A DNA stretch of 60,812 nt from a virus (IMGVR_UViG_3300019752_000008:1-60812), one strand, 5' to 3'; shown: positions 1 through 10,788, counted from the first letter of the stretch. Numbers and translations: made by a program. The notes: generated by a model from the sequence alone, not told the origin.

Positions 1-186
1 CATATACCGCTCCTTGAAAACCTTTGGCTCCTGAGTTTCCTAATGATAAATCTATGTAGGTTACTGAATTGTCTGTAGTGTCTAGTATGGCTGTTATACC
101 ATGATGTACGCCATTATTATCTGGCACATAATACACATATCTGCCGTCATATACCGCTCCTTGAAAACCTTTGGCTCCTGAGTTAC
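1..186. repeat. 147-bp tandem repeat units (left part)
   Basis: CATATACCGCTCC recurs at 1 and 148. Confidence 0.95.
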
Positions 187-748
187 CTGCACTTACTGGT
201 CTTTCAGACTGATTAATTAGATTTCTATATCGTATAGAACCATATTTTTTTAAACTCGCTACTCCATCAAGAGAAGTTTTAAAGTCACTTTTTTTTGCAT
301 TATGTCTTGAATTTATCAAATCCGTTTCAGACACTCCACTTTCAGCCCAATCTTCATTATCCTCTGATGGTTCAGAAGTTGTCACATCTGCCAAGTTTAC
401 ATTTAGTATCCATATTTTGTTTTTATGCTTTGCACTTGCAGGCTTATTTAATACTCCCACAAGTGACGAATATAGTCCTTTGTAATGAGCAGATGACAAT
501 GCAACATTTGCTGAATCTTCTGCCTTTATTGCATTTTCATTAACTTCTTCTATTGCTGGATTCATTTTTCCTATTGTATGATTAATTTCATCTACTGCAT
601 CATTAAATTCCCCCGCCCTTTTAGGGAACCCATCTTCTGATGCGAAATGCTGTATGTTTTCTGGTTGATTTTTTGAACCTACCACTATTTCTTTTCCTGC
701 TTCTGTAGGACTTACTGTTGTCGTTATTACTGGTATCTCTTCTGCCAT
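1..748 (-). CDS. Tail fibre / receptor-binding protein, N-terminal part (continues across the window end into 60769-60363; 384 aa if joined)
   Basis: Hand-translated, absent from the ORF track: ATG at 748 after AAGGAT RBS, open to base 1. Contains LNKPASAKH..W.L..NLADVT seen in phage fibre N-termini, then GAVYDGRYVYYVP repeats. Follows the tail genes. Confidence 0.8.
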   Translation of the reverse strand, partial: MAEEIPVITTTVSPTEAGKEIVVGSKNQPENIQHFASEDGFPKRAGEFNDAVDEINHTIGKMNPAIEEVNENAIKAEDSANVALSSAHYKGLYSSLVGVLNKPASAKHKNKIWILNVNLADVTTSEPSEDNEDWAESGVSETDLINSRHNAKKSDFKTSLDGVASLKKYGSIRYRNLINQSERPVSAGNSGAKGFQGAVYDGRYVYYVPDNNGVHHGITAILDTTDNSVTYIDLSLGNSGAKGFQGAVY

Positions 749-752
749 TTTT

Positions 753-1937
753 TTATCCTTCTGTAAATTCTCTTACATCTATTTGTATATTTGATTTTGT
801 GCTATTTGACGTAAGTGTTGGAGTTGCTCTCGTTACTGCACCATACAAAACAAGAGATTGAAATACTGGGTCGTCCGTATTTTCCCCTATTGCTAGTATT
901 CTTCTATTTATTATTTTAGCCGTTACTTCTGAGTACAAGTCATACTTCGGTGTGTCTATAAATATATCCAGTTGCATAGTTCTCCATACTCTTGTCGGGT
1001 CACCCTCTCCATCAAGGACTATCTCTCCACTGTCAAGTTTTATTATCTCAGAGTCCGTCTCAGTTGGTGTAGGGACTCCATCTTTCGAGACTCCACCATC
1101 CGCAAATCTTCCAACTAAAATCTCTCCTACCTCTGGCAACTCAGCGACATTATTGACTGTCATTTTAACTATCACTTCACCTAAATAGTAAAAATCTGGG
1201 GTAAATATAACTTTCTTATTGTATTTTGGATCTTCCAATGATGAATCGAACCACTCTCTAAAACTTGTAAAGTCCAACATTATGGAGCTTTGCGTTTCTG
1301 CTACTATTTCTACATCATCTGATTTTCTTCTTATTTCTATTTTTATAGTTTCTGCTTTCACATTATACAAAACAAAAGAACTCACATTTTTTGTCTCAAA
1401 CTCTTGCCAAAACGATGTTGCGTTTTTGGATGAAGTTTTATTTATTGCTTTTGCTACAGATGCTGTTCTATTTGAAGCACCTAAATCTTTCCATTTTAGG
1501 GTTGATTCTGTTGGAATATAATAGTCGTGTCTCAGCGAAAAATCTGTCACTTCATCGAAATGTTGTGGTTGAGCATGATCTTCGTCTATAAAACTTATGG
1601 TTCCCGTGAATTTTGAAATATAGTATTTTTCACTAGACACAACATAAACTGTTGTTTCACCGCTTACGATAGGTACAGCACTTCCATCGTCTGTCGTGTC
1701 AGTTAAGGTGGTTGTATTATAGTTATTTTGTGGGTCTGCATCATTCCATATGTAGATTACTAGCTTTTTTGTGCTTGCTTTTGACTGATAAACCCTATCG
1801 TTATATTGCCTTACTACACCCGCACCGCTTATCGTTTCCGACCTACTCCAAGGTGTATTTGTAGTGCCGTCTGCATTTTCATACTCTCCTATATTGCTAT
1901 TTGATATTGTCAAGTCATAAGGAATCAAATATCTCAT
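753..1937 (-). CDS. Tail tip / baseplate protein
   Basis: 394 aa, lies between tape measure and fibre; W.DLG.SNR and EVGE...G motifs typical of post-TMP siphovirus proteins. Confidence 0.65.
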   Translation of the reverse strand: MRYLIPYDLTISNSNIGEYENADGTTNTPWSRSETISGAGVVRQYNDRVYQSKASTKKLVIYIWNDADPQNNYNTTTLTDTTDDGSAVPIVSGETTVYVVSSEKYYISKFTGTISFIDEDHAQPQHFDEVTDFSLRHDYYIPTESTLKWKDLGASNRTASVAKAINKTSSKNATSFWQEFETKNVSSFVLYNVKAETIKIEIRRKSDDVEIVAETQSSIMLDFTSFREWFDSSLEDPKYNKKVIFTPDFYYLGEVIVKMTVNNVAELPEVGEILVGRFADGGVSKDGVPTPTETDSEIIKLDSGEIVLDGEGDPTRVWRTMQLDIFIDTPKYDLYSEVTAKIINRRILAIGENTDDPVFQSLVLYGAVTRATPTLTSNSTKSNIQIDVREFTEG

Positions 1938-4900
1938 TATGCAACTACCTTTGTTCTGAATGGTCTTGATGTTTTCGCACTGTCCAATATTCCATTTATG
2001 GATTTAGATATATTTTCAACACTTGCAAGTCTTGCATCAATTCTTCTTAATTCCACAATTATATCTTTATTATTATTTGATGTCAAATTGTTTGTATATA
2101 TTCTATTTTCTCTTGCTGTTAATACTCTTTCGTCTTTATGAAGTTCTGCTCTGTATCCATCAAATGGTACATTTGCTAGACCGCTGTAGTGTGACCCATC
2201 TAGTGCTTTGTATCCTGCTTCTTCTAAATACCATCTTGCATTTTCTAACAGATTTTCTACCTGAGCTTCGGAATATTGATACCCTCCTAATTCTTTTATT
2301 CCGTCTGCATATGCTTTCCATGCACTCAATTCTGTATTTAATCCGCCATGAAAATCTTCTATACTATCCAATATTTCTTGATTCAGCATACTGGAATCAA
2401 ATGTACCACTCGTGTATGCACTTGTATAGAAGCCCATATGTTCTTTCATGCTCTTAAACCCCTCATCTGCGTAAGCAGTCATGAAGTCTTTTAATGCTTC
2501 TAAATTCCAAAACCTTCCCTCTTCTTGAAGCTTTGAAGCATCCATGTATTTTAACAACTCATCAAAATTCATATACTTTTTTGCATAATCTTCATATCCT
2601 ACTAGATTTGCATTTAATATGTCTCTATAATCTTCAAAAGTATCACTCATAAAATCTTCGTCTTGCAATGCTCCTGACTTTGCAAAACCTTCAAAATCTC
2701 CAGATGATATTAAATTATTCCAATTTGATATCATATCTACTGTTTTTATTTCTTGTGGGATTTCCCCCATAGATGTAAAAAATTCTATGATATTTTTATA
2801 ACCTACATTATTTGCGGACGATAAATCTGTTAAAAAGTCTGTAGTATTTACTGTTTCTAGCGATAAATATGCTAAGTTTACTCTTAAATCTTCTAGCTCT
2901 TTTGAAAATGTAGATGCTGATTCTGCCTGAAATGATTGTCTAAATGCTATCTCATCTGCTGTAGACAACAGACCACCTGCTTTAAAATCTGAAAATTCTA
3001 GCGTAGAATCTTGTGTAAGTTTTTCAGCTATTGTTCTGTTGTATTCTGCCATATTTTTAGATAATTCAGTAAGTACACCATCTGTTGATACATCTATATC
3101 TTGCCCTGATGCTGTTACGATTTGAGCTTTTAGTATTTGGTTGTCAAAATTCAACTCATTTTGCAAATATGAAAGTTCATTTACTAGCTCGCCTGTGATT
3201 TGCGTGTTGTCGCCTATATTTGCATTTTGTATATTTGTAGATAGTCCTTGAATATCTCCTATAAGTGCTTGAAGTCTTCTTGATTCTGTATCTGTTAAGT
3301 CTCCATCTTTAGCAAGTAACAACTCAGTTTCTGCTTTTTTAGCCCAAAAAGTTTGTATCAATACATCTTGAGCATCTGCACTGTCCGAAGCCCCTAATAA
3401 ACTTGCTATCGTATCATCTATAGAATTTATCATGTTGTCGAAAGTATTTGACAAGTTTCTGACTGCATCTATTGCAGTATTGAAAAATCCTAATTGTTCT
3501 TCTTGATATTTTTCTCTTAGGGAAGCCAATTCTAAAGCATTATCTCTTTCGTCATCTAAAAGTGATTTTGCTTGGTCTGAAAGTTCTGCGAATCCATCTG
3601 AAAGAAGCAATACTCTTCCATACAGCTCTTGTCCTGCCTCTGTTGAGATATCTATACCTTCTACTAGGTCTTTAAATCCGTTTGATCCTACTGGCATTGC
3701 TAAATTTAGTTTTTTAAACTCATTATTCATTTTTTGTGTAGATAATACTAGTTTGTCGTTATCATTTATAAAGTTTTCATAGTAGTTTGACATAGCATCT
3801 GATAACTCTTCAAGTCCTCCTGCTCCTAAAAGCATTTGAGATGTTAGATAAGTTGCATCCTGACCCATAAGAGATAGTTGATCTCTTAAATCATTAAACG
3901 CTTCATATGTCTCAAACACATCTTCTGCTGATGTGTTTATCATGTCTATCATTTGAACTACTGAGTTGTTTGCACCATATACTGATTCGTCATATTTTAT
4001 AATTGACTGTGTAAGTGCCTCTATCGAAACTACACCTTGTTTATTTACTATGTCAAGATATTCTGCATCTTCAAAATCATATCCTAGTCTATTTATAAAA
4101 TATTCAGCCTGCTCCATACCTGCTGAAACTCTTGTTAGCGTCTCAAACATACCCTCGCCTATCTTTTGGAAAGACTCTAAAACAGGAAAAGCCTCAAGTG
4201 CCATCTCGTCCCCTACTTTTCCAAATATGTTAGTTAAAGTTTCTTGTATCTCCTCGCCTGTTTTACCTTTTAGAGATATTTTTCCAAGTTCCACATAGAA
4301 GTCTGAAAGTTCTGCTTTTACATCTTCTGTTGCTACGTCTAATGCTCCACCTGATGTAATTACCGTGTCATATAATGATCCAAGCACTAACTCGAATTGT
4401 CTTTTTGTTTCTCTTTCTAAACCTCTTAGCTGAGTATTATAAATATTTGTTACTGAATCAGAACCAAACCATCCGCCGTCTTTTTCTATTCTAGTTAATA
4501 TTGTTTGATACGATTTACCTTGTAGATTTCCTATAGCTGCCTCTATTAGTTGAGATTGAAATGTAAGTCCTGCATCTGCTAATGTTCTTGATGTTGATGA
4601 TCCTCCCCCAAACAACCCTCCAAGTATTGTATTTGTTATTCCTCCTGTTAAGTCATTAAAGATATCTCCCGCTTGAGATATTGTTCCTAAAAATGGTGAT
4701 ATCTTATCTATTGTCCCCCATATCTTTTCTACTGTCAAATCTTGACCTGTAGAACTCTCAAAACCTACGTATCCTTCACCTACTGCAAACCCTGCTGCTT
4801 TTAAAATATTCGCTGATAGTCCACCTATTTTTTTATCTATAGATGCTAAGTGGTCTGCCATTTGCGAAGTAAGTCTATGTTGTGGCACTGCCATATCTTC

Positions 4901-7900
4901 TAGTATAGACAGTGAGTTCGATATAGATTCACTTGCTTGGTCTGAGTCACCTAGTACTGAACCTGTGCCTATATTTGCTACTTGTGAAGCGTGTGCATCG
5001 TATGATGATGATACTGATGTTGTTCCTGCTCCAAACGCTATCCCTGCTTGAGACAGTGTTGTTGCTACCATTGCAGCTACTGCTATTGCTCTTGGTATTG
5101 CTGTATATACATCACCGCTTGACATCTGATGTACTACTGCTGTTGCACCTTCAACTACTGCAAGTGCTGATTGAACCGCTTGCAGTCCTGCTGCTTCTCG
5201 ACTGCCTTGTTCAAATAAAGCTGATGATGCACCTGCTATTTGACCTATCATTTTAAGTTCGTTTTCTTTGCCTTCTACTTTATCTCTTTGATACTGTGCT
5301 GTTATATCCGCAAAGCTCATTAGTACTTGTGCTTCTTTTTTTATACCTGAATCAGATGATGATATGATTGAGTTCATATCATTTATATCATCTATTATTT
5401 TATCCATTCCTTCTAGTTTTATTTTTATAGGATCGATTCTTATTTTTTTAAACTCTGACTCTATTTTATTTATCCATTTCAAAAGGTCATTTTCTTGATC
5501 TGAGCCTTCATATATATCAAACAGTCCTGCGAACATTTCTCCTCTTGTTTCTGGACTCATACCGAACGTGTCTATATCTCTTGTTATATTTGCCACAGAT
5601 TGAGACTTAGCTATACTTTTTTCTATTTTGTCAAAATTATCAGCAAGACTTAAACTTTCTTTATTAGACTTTGCTAATTCTTTAGACATGGTTTCAAATT
5701 TAGTAATTATATTATCTGGGTCTGCTTCCTGTGCGGATATTCTCTCTGCTTCCATTTCATCTCTGAAATCTTTTAGTGTTTTTTTCTTTTTATCAGCGGT
5801 TTCTTTATTTATTTTTGCAATGTCTTTTTGTAGCTCTTTGATAAGTTCTAAAGCTTCTATTTGCTCTTTTTTGTATTCCTTTTTAGACTCTTTATCTGAC
5901 GATTGAAGTATTGCTTTGTCCGTATCAGATATAAACTTTCTTACTTTAGCTATCTCTTGATCTATCTTCCATATCTCGCCTTTTCTTTCTATAGTGGCTT
6001 CTTCGATTTTTTTTCTTACATCGTCATCAAATCCGATTGAAGCTTCCAGTTGTGTTTTCTTTTTAAGTGCCTTTACTCTTTTGTTTGCCTCTTCTATTTG
6101 CTCAGGAACATTATTTATTCTGTCTTGTATCTCGTCAAAGGCTTTATTATATGCACTTATATTTTCTATATGAGTCTGAATAAAAGACTTTTCAAGAGTG
6201 CCATATCTATCATATCCTTTCGTGATGACATCTGTAGATACTTTTATTCTATCACTTATGCTTTGCCTTTCACTTATCAGGTCGTCTCTCGAAGCACCTT
6301 TTTTATATTCTGATACTAAACTTTTTGACCAGTCTACTTTTCTTTCTTCTTGTATTGCAGTTTTATAATCATGAAATTCTTTTAATAAAACAATAACTCC
6401 TGTAATTCCAGCAGCCCATAATGTAAAAGGATTAGGAAAAGGATTTATAGCTGAAAACACATCTTTTATTTTATCTATTTTTCTTACTTTTTTTAGTGTT
6501 CCATCCGCGTTTTTGCCTGCTAGTTCCCAATATCCTGCAAATGTTTTTACACCATCTACTGCTCTTGACCCTATCTCGAACCCTGCTCTTGTTGCTTGAA
6601 AACCTTTATATGCTACAAACATCTCTATTAGTGTTTTAACATAAGGCTCTGCATCTTTTACAAACTGATATGCACTTCTAAAAGTATCTCTTATCTCTGC
6701 ACCATTTTCTTTTAGTATTTGCAACAACTCTTTTGCGGAATCTTTAATATCATCAAAAAGAGGTTTTGCAGAATCCATCATTAGCTCTTGCCACTCTGCT
6801 TTTAGCTTATCCATTGCTCTTTGATAGGTGTCTATATGTTTAAGATTCTCAAACATTTTAAGTCTATCTTTCATTACGTTATAAACTGCACCCACGCTAT
6901 CTTCTGCGTTTTTCTTTGCGTCTTTTATTGCTTTGTTTGCTTGTGTCGGAGTTCCAAATAATAATATTGCAAGTTTTGAATCTCTTGATACGTCTCCCGA
7001 AAATAACGATCTTGCTTCCTCTAATACTAGCTCTGCATTCATTCCTACTGCACTACCCATATTTGTAAGCGATGATGTTATTTCTATTGTGTTATCTATG
7101 ATATCTTGAGTTGTTTTACCAAACCCTTGACCCATCTTTAAAGCGAATCCTATTGACTGTTGAAATACACTTGAAAGCTCTGGAAAGGTTGCTGATGTCT
7201 CTTTTGCAGCATCTTTTAAGTCTAGCATTGTTTTTTGCGAAAGCGAAAGCGAAGCATTAAATCTATCAGTTCCGTTTCCTACTTCGCCTTGGCTATCTAC
7301 AAGTTTTGTATTTGTTGCTATAAGTGCGGCAAGACCAAATGAATTATTTTCTATAGTTTTGTTAAGCTCAACACCCATTCCAATAGTAGCACGATATGCA
7401 CTTACCAGTGCGTATATTCCTATTGCTAAAGTTTCCACTTGTCTTAAATGTCTTACTAATGTATTTGTTGCACTACCCGTAGCTTTTGAGTGTGCCTTTT
7501 GTGCTAAAGTTGCCTCTTTTAGCCTAGCTTTTTCTTTTTCTAGTGCAGTAGCGTATTTTTCTCCCCCTATAGCTCCTGCTTTTTTCATAGTGTTTAGTTT
7601 TTTTACTGCTGAATTATAATTATTTGTTGCTGTTGTGTTTTCGTATAACCGTTGATATTCTTCTTTTAGTGATTTTTTATTTAGTTCTGTTTCTTCTCTG
7701 GCTTTTCTTTTTGCTATTGTTTCTTTATTTAGTGATTGTATTTTTTCTTTTTGTAGCTTTTCAAGAGTGTTTGATGCCTCTTTTTCTATTTGTATTTGCT
7801 TGTCTAGCAGTGTTTCTGCTTCTGCTATTTGATTTTGTTTTGTTTTAAGTTCGCTATTTGCGAAACTTCTAATTTTATTGTTTTTTTCTTTTAATTGGTC

Positions 7901-8443
7901 TAACTCTTGTTTTATTGCCTGTTCTTGTTTTGCGTAAGTTGTTCTAATTCTGCTTGCATCTATTGCTAATAAATCTGATGTTAGTTTTTCTTTTTGTGCA
8001 ATAATCCTTTCGTTTAATTTTTTACTTTGTTCTATATCTGAAACTAAAGACGTAGATGGCATTGCTCCTGATGCTGTTGAAACTTTGTGTTGTTTCATAA
8101 GTGATTCCATCTTTTGATGATTCTTTAATTCTAGACTTTCTATTTGTTGAAGCTGTATTTTTTTGTTGTTAACTTGCTTATTAAGCTCTGTTTTTTGAGC
8201 CTTTGTGTATCCTGAAAGTGTAGTTGATAGTGTAAGTATATCTTTTCTTCTGTTGTTTGTTAATTCTTTTAAAGCAGACGTTAAATCTCTTTCGGATTTC
8301 TCCATAGTTTTATTATCTGCTTTAAAAGTATCAGCAGTTTTTTGATGGACAGACCTGTACTCTTCAAGTGTTTTACTTATTGCTTTTATATCTTTTGTTG
8401 CTAGGTCTTTTACTTTTAGCGTTGTGGTTATATCTGCCATCAA
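1937..8443 (-). CDS. Tail tape measure protein
   Basis: 2168 aa, helical/coiled-coil; C-terminal GSHYSGLANVPFDGYRAELHKDERVLT motif; follows the chaperone pair. Confidence 0.92.
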   Translation of the reverse strand: MMADITTTLKVKDLATKDIKAISKTLEEYRSVHQKTADTFKADNKTMEKSERDLTSALKELTNNRRKDILTLSTTLSGYTKAQKTELNKQVNNKKIQLQQIESLELKNHQKMESLMKQHKVSTASGAMPSTSLVSDIEQSKKLNERIIAQKEKLTSDLLAIDASRIRTTYAKQEQAIKQELDQLKEKNNKIRSFANSELKTKQNQIAEAETLLDKQIQIEKEASNTLEKLQKEKIQSLNKETIAKRKAREETELNKKSLKEEYQRLYENTTATNNYNSAVKKLNTMKKAGAIGGEKYATALEKEKARLKEATLAQKAHSKATGSATNTLVRHLRQVETLAIGIYALVSAYRATIGMGVELNKTIENNSFGLAALIATNTKLVDSQGEVGNGTDRFNASLSLSQKTMLDLKDAAKETSATFPELSSVFQQSIGFALKMGQGFGKTTQDIIDNTIEITSSLTNMGSAVGMNAELVLEEARSLFSGDVSRDSKLAILLFGTPTQANKAIKDAKKNAEDSVGAVYNVMKDRLKMFENLKHIDTYQRAMDKLKAEWQELMMDSAKPLFDDIKDSAKELLQILKENGAEIRDTFRSAYQFVKDAEPYVKTLIEMFVAYKGFQATRAGFEIGSRAVDGVKTFAGYWELAGKNADGTLKKVRKIDKIKDVFSAINPFPNPFTLWAAGITGVIVLLKEFHDYKTAIQEERKVDWSKSLVSEYKKGASRDDLISERQSISDRIKVSTDVITKGYDRYGTLEKSFIQTHIENISAYNKAFDEIQDRINNVPEQIEEANKRVKALKKKTQLEASIGFDDDVRKKIEEATIERKGEIWKIDQEIAKVRKFISDTDKAILQSSDKESKKEYKKEQIEALELIKELQKDIAKINKETADKKKKTLKDFRDEMEAERISAQEADPDNIITKFETMSKELAKSNKESLSLADNFDKIEKSIAKSQSVANITRDIDTFGMSPETRGEMFAGLFDIYEGSDQENDLLKWINKIESEFKKIRIDPIKIKLEGMDKIIDDINDMNSIISSSDSGIKKEAQVLMSFADITAQYQRDKVEGKENELKMIGQIAGASSALFEQGSREAAGLQAVQSALAVVEGATAVVHQMSSGDVYTAIPRAIAVAAMVATTLSQAGIAFGAGTTSVSSSYDAHASQVANIGTGSVLGDSDQASESISNSLSILEDMAVPQHRLTSQMADHLASIDKKIGGLSANILKAAGFAVGEGYVGFESSTGQDLTVEKIWGTIDKISPFLGTISQAGDIFNDLTGGITNTILGGLFGGGSSTSRTLADAGLTFQSQLIEAAIGNLQGKSYQTILTRIEKDGGWFGSDSVTNIYNTQLRGLERETKRQFELVLGSLYDTVITSGGALDVATEDVKAELSDFYVELGKISLKGKTGEEIQETLTNIFGKVGDEMALEAFPVLESFQKIGEGMFETLTRVSAGMEQAEYFINRLGYDFEDAEYLDIVNKQGVVSIEALTQSIIKYDESVYGANNSVVQMIDMINTSAEDVFETYEAFNDLRDQLSLMGQDATYLTSQMLLGAGGLEELSDAMSNYYENFINDNDKLVLSTQKMNNEFKKLNLAMPVGSNGFKDLVEGIDISTEAGQELYGRVLLLSDGFAELSDQAKSLLDDERDNALELASLREKYQEEQLGFFNTAIDAVRNLSNTFDNMINSIDDTIASLLGASDSADAQDVLIQTFWAKKAETELLLAKDGDLTDTESRRLQALIGDIQGLSTNIQNANIGDNTQITGELVNELSYLQNELNFDNQILKAQIVTASGQDIDVSTDGVLTELSKNMAEYNRTIAEKLTQDSTLEFSDFKAGGLLSTADEIAFRQSFQAESASTFSKELEDLRVNLAYLSLETVNTTDFLTDLSSANNVGYKNIIEFFTSMGEIPQEIKTVDMISNWNNLISSGDFEGFAKSGALQDEDFMSDTFEDYRDILNANLVGYEDYAKKYMNFDELLKYMDASKLQEEGRFWNLEALKDFMTAYADEGFKSMKEHMGFYTSAYTSGTFDSSMLNQEILDSIEDFHGGLNTELSAWKAYADGIKELGGYQYSEAQVENLLENARWYLEEAGYKALDGSHYSGLANVPFDGYRAELHKDERVLTARENRIYTNNLTSNNNKDIIVELRRIDARLASVENISKSINGILDSAKTSRPFRTKVVA

Positions 8444-8826
8444 TCTTCCTTTTTATTATTGTAATATTCACTTAGACATTCATCTAAGTATTCTATTGCC
8501 CATCTTATATCATCTAGGTCTGTGAGTTCCATAAATTCATCTTTGTAGTTCAAATAAGACAGATTTATTTCCGCCCTATCTAATCCAGCAAACCCCATCA
8601 TTGAACTTTTAAATTTACTTGATGCTTTGCTTATGAAAAACATAGCTTCTTGTGATTTTAGCTGTGTTGGGATTGGTGGTGAAGAATCTTCAAGCCTCTT
8701 ATTGAATCTTTCAAGTTCTTCACCTTTTAATCTTTTTCTTTTTCTATCTGCTGTTTTACTTAGTCCAGCATATATGTTTATATTCTCACTTGATTTCCAT
8801 TCTATATAAAGGGCTAGTTCTTTTCC
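8440..8826 (-). CDS. Tail assembly chaperone GT portion (-1 frameshift product)
   Basis: Overlaps the end of the upstream chaperone in the -1 frame at G GAA AAG (8826-8820). Confidence 0.65.
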   Translation of the reverse strand, partial: GKELALYIEWKSSENINIYAGLSKTADRKRKRLKGEELERFNKRLEDSSPPIPTQLKSQEAMFFISKASSKFKSSMMGFAGLDRAEINLSYLNYKDEFMELTDLDDIRWAIEYLDECLSEYYNNKKED

Positions 8827-9344
8827 AGATAAGTGCTCTGTCTTGAAAGTGCTTTGTCTACAAAAAGAGACTTCTCCCATTCTGTAAGAGCATTATAGTC
8901 ATCACTATCTTTTACCCCATAAAACTCTGCTAGTTTATCTGCCTTCTCAGAAGTAGATAAATCTTTTAAATCACCTAATGTTGTAAAATCTCTTGCTTTT
9001 AATTTTGTAATCATTTTATTGTTATCATAAAAATCCAAGTCTTTAGATTTGTTTGTATCTAAGTCTATAAGGTGAGTGATTTTTCTTGCTACAAGCAGTG
9101 CAAATTCCATATAAATCTCTGGATTGTTTTCTCTCTCATCTAAATCCATATCTAGTAATTTTGGGTCAACAAAATCACATATCATATTTATTCCAAATCC
9201 TGTAGAAACTTTATCAGCCTCATCACCTGTATCAATACCAACTATACTAAGTATAATTGATGGTGTATTTTCATCTGGTCTATTTGTTACTGTTTTGTAC
9301 GCTTCTCTCATCTCTTTTGGGAATTTTTTTAATTCTTTTAACAT
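8814..9344 (-). CDS. Tail assembly chaperone G
   Basis: Position between tail tube and TMP; slippery site at the 3' end. Confidence 0.7.
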   Translation of the reverse strand: MLKELKKFPKEMREAYKTVTNRPDENTPSIILSIVGIDTGDEADKVSTGFGINMICDFVDPKLLDMDLDERENNPEIYMEFALLVARKITHLIDLDTNKSKDLDFYDNNKMITKLKARDFTTLGDLKDLSTSEKADKLAEFYGVKDSDDYNALTEWEKSLFVDKALSRQSTYLEKN

Positions 9345-9410
9345 TTTTTTATCCTTTTATTTATTTGTTTTTATCCTTTTATTTATTTGTTTTACACTAT
9401 AAAGTGTGGG

Positions 9411-9448
9411 GTACAAATACGGTGGATTTACCAAACCCCACTACTTTT
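9411..9448 (-). terminator. Stem-loop after the tail tube gene
   Basis: AAAGTAGTGGGGT...ACCCCACACTTT inverted repeat. Confidence 0.5.
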
Positions 9449-10650
9449 TACTTAAAAGCTACTGCTGTTGAGTGACCTTCGTACTGCAATGCACTTCCAT
9501 CACCTGCCTTGTATTCTGCTGCATATGTAGGTGCTAACATTACTGTTTCATTTGAAAAGTCTGGCTCATCTTTTGACAATTTAATATGAGGTAGTTTATA
9601 CTCTAAATACTCACCATTACCCATATCCATAGTTACTACCGCTTCTTGAGTTGTTACTCCATCCATTTGACCAAAGATTACTGCATCGAACATTGCGTCT
9701 ACACTCCCCGTTACGGTTCTTTTTCCTGAGTATATACACTTAGTGTTATTTCCATTGTCTTTAGATAGTAAATTCTTGCTTTCTACGCTGTTATCAATAG
9801 TCATAGAGAATGATGATACGTAATCAGACGTTGCACCATTTAAAGTAAAGTCAATATCGCTTTGCTTAATATATACTCCATTTTCAAGTTCAAGTTTTGA
9901 ATTTCCTATGATTGTTTCAAAGTCTTTATAAGCAGAATCTATTGTTCCATCTGACTTAATGTTTGTCTCAGATATTGCACCAACAACAGCCAAGTCTGTT
10001 TTCATCATACTTGCATCTTTTGCGAATGTATATGCAGCTGAACCACAAACACAGTCTAGTTTTCTAAAGTAGTATGTATCCGCTGAACATTCTGCTGTTA
10101 CTTTTACCTCAATAGCAAATCTTGTTTGACATTGCTCAATACCACCAGTAGTTTTATTAATAACTGCTTTTCTTACTTTCCATACAATTTCATTGTCAAC
10201 TATAGTATCTCCGTCTGCAAGAGATGTTGTATCTGGTGCTGTTGCCCCGCTTGTTCCAGTACCAACTATCGAATCAACCACTAGGTCATCTGTTGCAGGT
10301 GTTGTTCCATGCACTACTTGTCCTACCGTATATACAGTAGAAGCACCCCATGTATCACTTGTTAAGTCAACTGTTGTCCCTGAACCAATCGCTATCTCAT
10401 TTACAAATGCCATAAGTGCATATTGCATATTAAAAGAGATATTTCCTGCAATATCTTCGATACCTGATAGAAAACTACCTGTTGGCTCTCCACCTGCTGA
10501 AAGTGAATCTATATCAATAAATGATTCACTTGCTTTTACATTACAGCTTGCTGCTGGTAGTGTAAACCATTTTGGATTTGAGTTTAGTTCCCCTAATGTT
10601 GACTGAACCGAAATTCTTATCTCGTCCGCTCTAAATGTTTTTGCTGCCAT
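9448..10650 (-). CDS. Major tail tube protein
   Basis: 400 aa; S.F.MTIDN and GKRTVTGSVDAMF tube-like motifs; position in the tail module. Confidence 0.85.
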   Translation of the reverse strand: MAAKTFRADEIRISVQSTLGELNSNPKWFTLPAASCNVKASESFIDIDSLSAGGEPTGSFLSGIEDIAGNISFNMQYALMAFVNEIAIGSGTTVDLTSDTWGASTVYTVGQVVHGTTPATDDLVVDSIVGTGTSGATAPDTTSLADGDTIVDNEIVWKVRKAVINKTTGGIEQCQTRFAIEVKVTAECSADTYYFRKLDCVCGSAAYTFAKDASMMKTDLAVVGAISETNIKSDGTIDSAYKDFETIIGNSKLELENGVYIKQSDIDFTLNGATSDYVSSFSMTIDNSVESKNLLSKDNGNNTKCIYSGKRTVTGSVDAMFDAVIFGQMDGVTTQEAVVTMDMGNGEYLEYKLPHIKLSKDEPDFSNETVMLAPTYAAEYKAGDGSALQYEGHSTAVAFK

Positions 10651-10788
10651 CTATTTTTCCTTCTTTTCATATTTTGCTATTTTTCTTGACACTAAGTCAT
10701 CCGCTGTATCTTTGTGAACTTTTAATGGATCACCTTTTTTATATTCTTTTCCGTTTATCTTATGGCTTTTTAAAAAAATTATTGACAT
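10651..10788 (-). CDS. Small 45-aa protein of the tail module
   Basis: Hand-translated MSIIFLKSHKINGKEYKKGD...; GAGGT RBS; stop codon abuts the tube gene start. Confidence 0.7.
   Translation of the reverse strand: MSIIFLKSHKINGKEYKKGDPLKVHKDTADDLVSRKIAKYEKKEK

Noticed and set aside
1-186. CRISPR array in the 147-bp repeats or the early-region motifs
   Set aside because: The repeats are in-frame coding units; the early motifs are separated by whole genes; no cas genes
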